Part shown: one piece after another, positions 52,532-64,000 of the stretch
How positions within the stretch are numbered: the first letter of the stretch is position 1
Layout of the letters: each line of letters begins with the position of its first letter
Assembly: GCF_006345805.1 (NCBI RefSeq)
Contig: NC_042998.1
Coordinates: forward strand, 34,720,001 to 34,784,000
Direction of reading: 5' to 3'
DNA length: 64,000 nucleotides
From: Octopus sinensis
Taxonomy: Eukaryota
Program-made: the position numbers and the translations under genes
The notes under the pieces: generated by a model
The model's input: the letters and a program-made list of their open reading frames with translations, nothing else
Database searches by the model: none
What the model was told of the DNA's origin: nothing

Positions 52532-52622
52532 TACACTTCTATATTTAAGAGATGAGGAATTATGTACAATATTTACATTATTTACAAGATGAGGACAAAT
52601 ATCCATCAAATGTAAATAATGT
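52532..52622. mobile_element. Rearranged fold-back remnant of the hammerhead element 3' end
   Basis: The reverse complement of about 690-741 is followed directly by a plus copy of 670-708. Confidence 0.75.
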
Positions 52623-53154
52623 AAATATTGTTGATGCTGTTAAAAAAAATAAACAACAACATTTTTCAGTTAGGCGGCTCAAAAGGTGCTCCTGCATGGC
52701 CGCAGTCCAGTGACTGCAATCTGTATAAAAGAGAATATACTTTTAAAATGAAACTCTGAGTGAAATCAGAACTCATTGACAAATGAGTTTTTTAAATAGT
52801 ACAATTGCAAATAAATTATCGTCATTTAGTTGAGTCGAAGCAGCCTCAATCATTACTAAGCTCTTGCGACTGATATCAGTTTATTTGTTAAATGGGTCTG
52901 TTTGTTCTTGGTATATAAACTCAACCACAGCTGAATGCTTCTAGCTTTAGCGATGTTCTTTATTTGAGGATAGCAGGCGCCAGTAATTCGTTGCCTGATT
53001 CTAAAAGTGTTGTCCTTATGGGGTTCGTTTTGTTTGTTTATAGAATATATATGGTATCTTCCTTGGGATTTTTAAATGGTCAGTTGCGAAGGTTCGCGAC
53101 TATTACACTATGGCCAGTGGTTATATTCAATGGGTTCCTATACTGTCTTCATAT

Positions 53155-53387
53155 TTCTTTCTTTACTCCCCATAAGGGGCTAAACACAGAGAGGACGAAC
53201 AATGACAGACAAACAGATTAAGTCGATTATATCGACCCCAGTACGTAACTGGTACTTATTTAATCGACCCCGAAAGGATGAAAGGCAAAGTCAACCTCGG
53301 CGGAATTTGAACTCAGAACGTAGCGGCAGACGAAATACCGATAAGCATTTCGCCCGGCGTGCTAAAGATTCTGCCAGCTCGCCGCCT
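53155..53387 (-). mobile_element. SINE family A monomer
   Basis: Head plus one unit. Confidence 0.9.
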
Positions 53388-55152
53388 GTCTTCATACTGG
53401 ATGATGTAGTCTTGTATGTATTCTCAAGGGAAAGAGTATGATCAAGGAAGGAACGTCTTTAATCAAAGGTTTGCACAGTCAAGGATAATCTTGGTTAAGC
53501 ATTAACAGTAAACGCACCAGTTATTATAATGTTTGTCATTTAACAAGATTTAGAAGAGGTTGCAAGAACGAGACGTTTTCCAATATTTTGTCTCGCTTTT
53601 TTCATTGTTGTATTATTCTATGGCTTCACTCAGTTCCCAACAATAACCATAATAATAATGACGATGATGATGATAATAGCAATAGTAATAACAACAACAA
53701 CAAATTCTTGTAAACCATTCAGATAACCATTTTAAATACTCATATTTGTTTACATGAATAAGTAACATAAAAACAATGTTTACACCATACAAAAATAGAC
53801 AATTTTTTTAAGTCTTTATATTTTACATATTTTTAATTCGAAGTTTCCAGCTCCTTCTAGAATGAAATAGAAAAAGTGAAATATCAAAATTTTTCAATCT
53901 GTCAATTCGCACGATAAGATCTACTCTAAATAGTCTAGTGAAATACTTCGGAAATGAAAAGAAATAGAAATTATTTAATATCAACAAATAAGCATATGTA
54001 TCGAATATTTGATTAAATTATTAATGGAAAAAGAAAAAAAAAATATTCCAGTTTTGAAAAACCACCTGTTTGAAAATTACTGTTTCCATTATGAATGAAT
54101 CACTTTTAATTTATTAAAAAAAAAATATTTTCTCTAAATTTGTTTCATTTTTAATCAAGTATACAATAAGACAATATTTCAGTATAATATATTTCTTATG
54201 AAATATATTTTTAAAAAATAGAGAAAATAAAAAAAAAATGGAAGAAAAAAAACTTATTTGAATTTTAAATAAACACATCGCGAAAGAAAGCAATGTAAAA
54301 ATAACTAGAAGTACAAGGAAAAATAACAATAATACAAGCAGATGTATTTCATTCAGATAACAGACGATAATAAAAGCATGTGACTATTTTCAGATATCGC
54401 TCACGTCATAGTCTTCACAATTATTCTCAATTATTTTTGAATGGGTCATAAGCAAGGGATATTGATCTTGTGCATTAATCATTATTCATAAGCATTTGCA
54501 GACATTAAGGAAGTATTGACTCTTTGAGAAATTATGCTGTTACTTAGAATTGCTTAACATGAAACGTATTTATCATTAGTTTCTCTGCCCATTAACGCTG
54601 TACTCACTACATGGAAAGTCAATGGAAAATAGGTCTTGCTTTACGGAATTCTACGCGAGGTTAAACTTTTCGGGGACACATTTCCGTAAAGCAGTGTTGT
54701 CGGTACATACATACATACATACATACATGCATACATACATACATGCATACATACATACATACATACATACATACATACATACATACATACATACATACAT
54801 AATACATACATACATACATACATACATATGTGTGTGTGTGTCTGTATACATATATATATATGTATACACACACACACATATATATACAAACAATAAATTA
54901 AATAAAGAGATTCAGTCGACAATCCCATAATTTATTTATACTATAACATAATATACTACGAATAAAATATAAGATAACGTACCAGTGAATTGGATGTTTT
55001 ACACACCCCTTTGAAGGAATTCTTTTCTTTAGTTTGTTACTTTATATATATATATATATATATATATACATTTACACATATATATATGTATGTGTGTGTG
55101 TGAGTGTGTGTAAGCACACATATGCGTCAATTTATATATATAATATATATAA

Positions 55153-56000
55153 AGTTAATAAAAGATAATAGTGTAGAAATATAGTGGATACTTGGTTAAT
55201 TTTATTTTATTTGTATCTCGATGAAAAAAGTAAAACAAATAAGGTTCAGGATGTAAAGGAAAGAAATCAATAAAACAAATAAACATGAAAGAATCCTACA
55301 TATGTTTCGCATGAAAAATTTAATTCATCGCCAATGTAAACAATAACTTTCCTCTGAATAATGGAATGTATTACGTTAGTAGATTCAAATGTTAAATAAT
55401 TGATAGTTATCTTATTATATAGCATATTATATAAAATCTTATATAGCATATTATATAAAATCTTTCACTTTTATTTTCCAAATCATTTATGTTTTTTCCC
55501 CTCAAAATTTTATTTCAGCTCTCAAATGTCTTCAATACCCTTAACAGCCCATATTATAATTAAACGACTACTTTATGTCACTTAACACTTATATTTCTAT
55601 TTTTCAAATACATTATGGTATTTTAGAAAAATTTAATGAGATAATATCACCCTACACGAACTCAGCTTCTTAATAAATTATTGTTTACGTTTGAATATTT
55701 AAAAACACGATTCTCATTCTAGTTATTCCGTTGTTTACCACCAGAAAGTAAATATCGCTTCCTGATGAGATCCGGACATAATGTGAGGTTATTTTAATCT
55801 AACATCGCTTGAATGCTGATGATCGAAAACTAATGACCAGATTGAAACATATGTAGGATGCTTTTATGTTTATTTCTTTTGTTGATTTATTTCCGTTGCA
55901 TCCTGAATCTTATACTCATTACTTTTTTTTATCGTGATACAAATAAAATAAAATTAACCAAGTATCCATTATATTTCCTCTCTATTTTCCTTTATTAACT
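55153..56000. repeat. Diverged inverted repeat pair (55153-55310 and 55844-56000)
   Basis: TGGATACTTGGTTAATTTTATTTTATTTGTATC vs GATACAAATAAAATAAAATTAACCAAGTATCCA, and ATCCTACATATGTTTC vs GAAACATATGTAGGAT. Confidence 0.8.
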
Positions 56001-56165
56001 CTACACATTATTGGAGTGTTCATGCATTTATATTGCGGAACATCTTCTTTTCAATATATTTGATAACAGATATTTGATATCCGGATTTTAAAAAAATCCC
56101 TTACGAGGAAGTTAAATTCTCAATATCTGAATTATATATATATATATATATTATATATATATATT

Positions 56166-56196
<31 letters not shown>

Positions 56197-56376
56197 GCAC
56201 ACATATGCACCAATTTATGAATATGTATATATATATATTTCTATGTATATATATATGTATATATGTATATATGTTATATATATGTATATATATATATATA
56301 TATGCGTATATATATGCATATATATATGTATAAATAAGCGTATATATATATATATATGTATATATGTATATATGTA

Positions 56377-56429
<53 letters not shown>

Positions 56430-56513
56430 TGTATATATATATAAATACTTGCATATAGGTATACACGCGTAAGTTAGTATGCATCCATATGTGTGTGTAT
56501 GTATGTATGTATG

Positions 56514-56574
<61 letters not shown>

Positions 56575-57370
56575 CGCGCGCACACACACACATATATACA
56601 CACACTCAGATATTCACTGTGTTACAGACTGACTTGGTTTCTCATCTTAGTTAAAGTTTCATGGACGTTAAAAAATGGCCATCTATGCGGACATTCAAAA
56701 GTAAAGTGAAAAAGCACATGCAACCATATGGTTTCTTTGCTACAAAGAGAATTTAACCCCATTGGGGTTAAACTAGGTCAGTCAGGGTCGAACTGTGATA
56801 ACTCAGAGAAAGCAGAAATGGTGAAAACTCCACGTGTTAAAGCAGGCGGGATTTCCCTAATATATATATAATAAGCAACAAGGATATCCAAGGTAGTGTA
56901 GTACAATCGTTTCATGCTACTTCATTTTATTAAACAATGTAAGTATTAAATCAGTTTTAAAATGAAGAGCAATCTTCAGCCACATATAGAATTTTTTTAA
57001 TTAAAAAGACAATGTACATTTTTATACTCATTTCATTTGCCAACATTACAAAGAGGGTAGATATATAGACAGAGAGGTTAATTTCATCAATAAGAACATG
57101 GTAGTATAAGGTCCTTCTCCATCTGCAGATATTTTATCACTGAGTTCACTTTGTTATTTAGATTTATCAATGGGGAGGGGATTATTTTTATTTGGTTCAA
57201 TGAAGACTTACAAGAATTTTTTTCTATTTATAGATAGAGGAAGGGGTAGTACAAATGTCAAAGCCATAAATCTAGCCCCATTATGAGGAATTTAACCCAG
57301 GCATATTTGAATGCATTTTAGCTAAAGTTTGTATATATATATCTATAAATGATATATATATATATATTTG

Positions 57371-57471
<101 letters not shown>

Positions 57472-57805
57472 TATGGAAATATTTTACTCTCAAACGCATA
57501 ATAATAATGCTGAATAGCATATATAGGATAGAACATCCCTATATTGCAGCAAAATTTGTTAGCAGCTACCCATTTATTTATGTATGTGTGTGTATGCGTA
57601 TGGATGTATTTTTATATATACGTACATATGTGTGTGTGTGTATGCGCATAGGTAGCTAGACAGAGAGACAGACAGAAAGAAAGGCAGACAGACACACAGA
57701 GGGATAGATAGATGAATACATAGATAGATAGACATACACACACTATCGGAATACTTAGCGTTCTGCTGTTCCGAGTTACCTTTTTAATTCAAATAAAAGC
57801 AAAAC

Positions 57806-57879
<74 letters not shown>

Positions 57880-58170
57880 TTTATCTATCTATCAATATAT
57901 CTATACACACACACATATTGAAAATGGTTGTGTTTATCATATTTACTGTTGAAACTTTCACTGAATATACTAACATTACAGGCGATACTCACAGTTACAT
58001 TGGTTTGCACATGTAAACAGTATTCTCAAATATTTATATGCACCAAACTTTTCTATTGCTGTTTTTTCCTTTTATCTTCTATAACACAACGAGCGTTAGG
58101 ACAACATATACATGTATGTATGTATGTATGTATGTATGTATGTATGTATGTATGTATGTATGTATGTATG

Positions 58171-58201
<31 letters not shown>

Positions 58202-58350
58202 TCTTTTACTCGTTTATTAGTCACAGCTCGAGATCTGCGGTCATGCTGTAGCTCTGCCGTTAGATTATTGTACTTTTATTACTTTAAACCATCTCATTTA
58301 TAGGTTATACAAACCTTATGCATGTTCTGCGTGTGTACGTGATTATGTGC

Positions 58351-58410
<60 letters not shown>

Positions 58411-58481
58411 TATATGTATATATATATGCATATACATATATATGGATATATATATATAAATATATATATATAGATATATAC

Positions 58482-58655
58482 ATAGGCATAGGAGTGGCTG
58501 TGTGGTAAGTAGCTTGCTTACGAACCACATGGTTCCTGGTTCAGTCCCACTGCGTGGCAACTTGGGCAAGTGTCTTCTGCTATAGTTTCGGGCCGACCAA
58601 AGCTTTGTGATTGGATTTGGTACACGGACACTGAAAGAAGCCCGTCGTATATATG

Positions 58656-58688
<33 letters not shown>

Positions 58689-58895
58689 TTGTATGTCTGT
58701 GTTTGTCCCCCCAACATCGCTTGACAACCGATGCTGGTGTGTTTTCATCCCCGTAATTTAGCTGTTCGGCAAAAGAGACCGATATAATAAGCACTAGGCT
58801 TACAAAGAATAAGTCCTGGGGTCGATTTGCTCGACTAAAGGCGGTGCTCTAGCATGGCCACAGTCAAATGACTGAAACAAGTAAAAGAGTAAAGA
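58482..58895 (+). mobile_element. SINE family B
   Basis: Full length. Confidence 0.9.
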
Positions 58896-58928
<33 letters not shown>

Positions 58929-59232
58929 CTATATAGATAGATATAGATGTGTCCTACGTTTATTTGTGGTGTCCTGTACTCATATATGCATGTATATATA
59001 CATATAGATGTAGGTATGTACATGTATGTATATATATATATATGTTTTATTTATTAAATTGTTATTAATACATATATATATATACATACACACACACGCA
59101 TATATATTATACTAAAACAAAACCTGTGTTACCGACAGGGAACAGAAGCCTGATGGCAATTGTTAGATTGCTTTATGACATTTTCACAAATGAATACACA
59201 CACACACACATACATATATATAATACATATAT

Positions 59233-59295
<63 letters not shown>

Positions 59296-59326
59296 CATGT
59301 ATAATATATACATATATACATACATT

Positions 59327-59381
<55 letters not shown>

Positions 59382-59611
59382 TTACATATATATGCATGTG
59401 TACATATAGATACGCGTGCACATTCTTGCTTCGAACCCTAATGTCGAAACTGAATGATTTTCCCATTAATAAATTAAGAATGTACACAACTTGTTCCGGC
59501 TATTTTTCAAGTACTAGTTCGTGGTTGCTTCAACGATGAAATATCAAAGGGTTCGTCACCAGGAATTTATAAACCTTGGGGCTCTAATTCTTTAATGTTT
59601 CAATTCGCTGT

Positions 59612-59650
<39 letters not shown>

Positions 59651-60024
59651 TCCAAACAAGAAAACACAAAAAATCACAGCAACGCGAGGACGTGGAACAA
59701 ATAAAGTATTATTGGACGCTCAGGAAAGAAGGGAAGAAGGAGGGTTTAACGTTTCGAACGGAGCTCTTCGTTGGAAACAGAGGAGAAGGAAAGATCCCGA
59801 GAAGGGAAGACAGAGGAAAAAAAATCGCTGGCGGTACTCACGAGGTCACATAGATAGATAGATAGATAAACAGATGTTTACTTAATTATATTCCACTTTG
59901 AGTATGGAACTAATTAATGCCTTTTTTCGATTTATGTATAAGAACTAGCAATAGAGGCAACTCTATCAGTTTACACACATGCACACACAAATAAAAATAA
60001 ACGCATTTATATATAAGAAATTAT

Positions 60025-60138
60025 GATGATAATAATAATAATAATAATAATAACAACAACGACAATAATAATAATTATTATTATTATCATCATTATTATT
60101 ATTGTTGTTATTATTATTATTATCATTATTATTATCAT
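60025..60138. repeat. (AAT)n followed by (ATT)n microsatellite
   Basis: Seen directly. The two halves are mutually complementary. Confidence 0.95.
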
Positions 60139-60139
60139 C

Positions 60140-60612
60140 TACACGAAGAAAGGTAAAGGTGGACGTGGGCTGACTAACGTACAGGAGCGCATCAACAGTA
60201 AAATAAGTAGCATGGCAGAACATTTGGTAAACAGCGAACAAGACCTGACAGAGTGTGTTGCGAGTGCAGAAGGAGTTAACAAAAATGGTCTTGAGAGTGT
60301 TCATGAATTCCAATCAAGAACAGCCAACGACAGAGAGGAAATCCTAAATCCTACTCCGTATGGAATTAAATAGTCGGTTCTGCCGTGAAACCAACACGTT
60401 AAAAGACCAGGAAGCATCATGGGGGTGGCTGAACAAGGGTGACCTAAAAAAGAATACTGAAAGCCCAGGACCAGGCATTGAAAAGCAACTCAATGAAAAA
60501 GAACATATACCACACAAGTGCAACAGACTTCTGCAGAATGAGTGGGAAGAGGGTCAAAAGTGTAATCCACATTGTTAGTGCTTGTGAAAGTCTTGCAGAG
60601 AAAGTGTACAAG
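60140..60612 (+). mobile_element. R4/Dong-like LINE fragment
   Basis: YTKKGKGGRGLTNV, SWGWLNKGDLKKNTE and FCRMSGKRVKSVIHIVSACESLAEKVYKRR. Cut off by a SINE-B at 60611. Confidence 0.75.
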
Positions 60613-61019
60613 CGCAGGAGTGGCTGTGTGGTAAGTAGCTTGCTAACCAACCACATGGTTCCGGGTTCAGTCCCACTGCGTGGCATCTTGGGCAAGTGTC
60701 TTCTGCTATAGCCCCGGGCCGACCAATGCCTTGTGAGTGGATTTGGTAGACGGAAACTGAAAGAAGCCTGTCGTATATATGTATATGTATGTATGTATGT
60801 GTATGTGTTTGTGTGTCTGTGTTTGTACCCCTAGCATTGCTTGACAACCGATGCTGGTGTGTTTACGTCCCCGTTACTTAGCGGTTCGGCAAAAGAGACC
60901 GATAGAATAAGTACTGGGCTTACAAAGAATAAGTCCCGGAGTCGATTTGCTCGACTAAAGGCGGTGCTCCAGCATGGCCGCAGTCAAATGACTGAAACAC
61001 GTAAAAGAGTAAAGAGAGA
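60611..61019 (+). mobile_element. SINE family B (young)
   Basis: Near-identical reverse complement of 2321-2734. Confidence 0.9.
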
Positions 61020-61049
61020 GTAAGCGTAGACACGACAAGCTAACCCAAA

Positions 61050-61390
61050 AACCCAGCTCCTCAGACTGGAACCTCTTTGATTATTATGTGCGGAGCACAG
61101 TTCAGCGAGAGACCAACAAAACTCCTTGTAACACCAAAGATGAACTGAAAGCAAGGATTATGGCAGCATTCACCAACAAACAAGGAGACCGTCCAGAAGA
61201 GCTGCAGAATATTCCGAAGTCGTTTAGAGTTTGTGGTTGAAGCCAACGGCGATTTTATTAAATAAATCTACTCTTTAGTTATTTCAAGATATTTTTTATG
61301 TAATTTTGGTAAATATATCTGTTAAAATGAGATGTCAATGTTATTTTCAATTTTGAGTAATTTAGACGATTACTTATTCACCGTACCCTG
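61050..61390 (+). mobile_element. maT/DD37D-like transposon 3' remnant
   Basis: SSDWNLFDYYVRSTVQRETNKTPCNTKDELKARIMAAF...FRSRLEFVVEANGDFIK*. Confidence 0.65.
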
Positions 61391-62295
61391 GATACACACA
61401 CACACGCACACACACACACATATATGTATACATACACACACACGCACACATACATATATATATAAAAGAACGATATTCTACATATAATAACGTTAGTGGC
61501 CGCGCGCGTAAAGCCGTATAGGCAAATTATGTGTGTGTGTGCGCGTGTGTGTATGTGTGTGTGTGTGTGTGTGTATGTTTGTGTGTATTTTCATTTCCTT
61601 CTGATGATGAGGACGTGATCTGAGAACGGTGTTTGATAATTGGATATAGTAAAGCTATTAGTCAAACCGAAATATAAATAAATAATAAAAATCTGTTAAT
61701 AAGAAAGTTCGGAATCTCGATCACAATAACTCAATCACAATTATGTCTTTAATGGAACCGGTTTGAAACCAAAGGCTGCTATTCACATACATGCATACGA
61801 ACATACTTACATACGTACATACGCGTATACGTACATAGTACATAAATACTTACACACATACATACATACGTACACGCATACATACATACGTACACGCATA
61901 CATACATACATACATACATACATACATACATACATACATACATACATACATACATACATACATACATACACACACAGACATTTCGAACTCGAAGCGACAA
62001 GTTGCGTATTTGGAGTGAGAGACTAATTATCGAAAATACGATAAATACTATCCCCAGCTTTGAAGCCACAAATATCAGCCTTGTTAAATAATTGGTTAAT
62101 CTCCAGACGAATAAACTGAGGGAGTTTTTTTTATTCAAGATCTTCGTGGTTTTCGACTGAAACTTGAATTTAACATGTGAAGAGTAACTACTAACAGCAT
62201 GGCTGGACATCATCAACAACAACTAAACCGAGGAATAGAACGAAAACAACAGCTCAACAGGTAAAACAGATTCTTTGTAGCTGTAGTTACAGAAG

Positions 62296-62683
62296 GTGGA
62301 GGCGCAATGGCCCAGTGGTTAGGGCAGCGGACTCGCGGTCATAGGATCGCGGTTTGGATTCCCAGACCGGGCGTTGTGAGTGTTTATTGAGCGAAAACAC
62401 CTAAAGCTCCACGAGCCTCCGGCAGGGGATGGTGGTGATCCCTGCTGTACTCTTTCACCACAACTTTCTCTCACTCTTACTTCCTGTTTCTGTTGTACCT
62501 GTATTTCAAAGGACCGGCCTTGTCACTCTCTGTGTCACGCTGAATATCCCCGAGAACTACCTTAAGGGTACACGTGTCTGTGGAGTGCTCAGCCACTTAC
62601 ACGTTAATTTCACGAGCAGGCTGTTCCGTTGATTCGGATCAACCGGAACCCTCGTCGTAGTAACCGACGGAGTGCTTCCATCC
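62296..62683 (+). mobile_element. tRNA-derived SINE (head C, shared body, tail 2) with 11-bp TSD
   Basis: AGTTACAGAAG at 62285-62295 and 62684-62694. A box TGGCCCAGTGG. Confidence 0.9.
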
Positions 62684-62927
62684 AGTTACAGAAGAAACCG
62701 TAACTACAAAACTCATTTTTCTTGGAATGTAACTCTGGTAAATTTTCTCATTGTTACGTACAAATGTAGCAGGGTCTCATATGAGGAAAATTATCGAGAT
62801 TTTACCCAAGTAATTAATGAAGTTGCTTGAAGTGAGTGAAAATAACAGACGTTTTTGGTTCTTAGACATCTTCAAAGAAGCATATACTAATCATACACTA
62901 CTCAGATGGCAAGTTTGCATGGGTTCA

Positions 62928-62966
<39 letters not shown>

Positions 62967-63251
62967 ATATAGTTTCATCTTGTTTCTTCGTTTCTCTCCG
63001 TATTGATATATGGAAAATTAAGGTGGTTTTAGAGTCAGATCATGGCTGCTATTTTCAGCATGGTGGTATCTCGTAGATACCCTAATTTATAATTTTAATA
63101 ATTATTACCTTCGAAGGTTATTTCTTCCATGCTGGCCACTTGATAAAATCGTTATTCTATTTTAAATTAACGATCTTATCCTTATTTATATGAATATATA
63201 TATACATCCAATTAGAATTTTTCTTTTGCCCTTATTTTATATGCCTTATAT

Positions 63252-63306
<55 letters not shown>

Positions 63307-63578
63307 CATAGAAATTAAGTGAATGTGAGTGAAATATAGTGACGCTGATTATGAATATCAACAATATTTATGAGAGAAAATATGATAAGAGTGCGTTCTG
63401 CATAATATATACAAAAAGAAACGGTATGGTTACATATCTGTAATAGACAAAGCTGAAAATTTTGATCGACAAAACATGAGAGAAAGCTCCAACAAAATAA
63501 GTTGTTCAAAATGTTTAGATAATGTAGACGATATAAATTCAATTGCTTTGACTTTTAAAGCGTTTTATTTTAAGTAAT

Positions 63579-63612
63579 GGACATGTTTCGGTCGTTTTAG
63601 ACCTCATTAGCG
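63579..63612 (-). ncRNA. Degenerate hammerhead-like motif of an unrelated family
   Basis: CTAATGA-GGTC-taaaac-GACC-GAAA-CATGT-C. G5>A in the core and weak helix I. Confidence 0.4.
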
Positions 63613-64000
63613 AATACTCAATCGGCATTTATATATAAATAGTGTGTCTGAAAGAGCGGGCGTCTAACTTCTTAAGTGCAACGTCTTTGGTCTAATTATG
63701 ATTCTTCGTTTATTTATCTTTCATTTTCTTTGTAGGAGTGATTTTTAAAAATTATTTAGAAATATTATTTCTGATGGACTATATACACATACACGACATA
63801 CATACACAAAATACACACACTTACACACACACACACATAGACACACACACACAAACACACACACACAAAACACACACACACACATAAAACACACGCACAC
63901 GTCACTCGCAAGGGAATATGACCTGATAACTTGCACCATGCTTTTGCTAGATCCTTCTTTTGTGCCTATGCAGGCAAGATAAACACCCTCTCGGTGTTGG

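Noticed and set aside
61601-61640. CTGATGA...GAGAAC hammerhead-like pattern
   Set aside because: No GAAA and no convincing helix I or II pairing.

Overview
AT-rich, microsatellite-laden animal genomic DNA. The repeat families look like those of octopus (inference from recalled motifs, not from a search). There are no prokaryotic features, CRISPR arrays or rRNA. Most of the window is interspersed repeats: four recurring tRNA-derived SINE families (my labels A-D), several of them in head-to-tail multimers; decayed LINEs (RTE, CR1, R4/Dong-like); Tc1, mariner and pogo remnants; Helentron-like non-autonomous elements; and three MITEs with GG...CC ends and 8-9 bp target-site duplications (Merlin-like). 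Highlights: (1) a small element joining a tRNA-like Pol III head to a minimal type I hammerhead ribozyme, present as tandem and inverted copies at 245-741, a TSD-flanked copy at 41691-41949 and a remnant at 52.5 kb; (2) SINE multimers sharing the same 184-bp junction at many separate loci; (3) a compact candidate orphan gene on the minus strand (TATA, Inr, 181-aa ORF, AATAAA) at 27.8-28.6 kb; (4) an RTE fragment ending in three C2H2 fingers, duplicated in a way that looks like an assembly artefact; (5) a change in CpG depletion near 9.2 kb. No exon of a known host gene could be confidently recognised. Most tracked ORFs are translations of microsatellites or SINEs.
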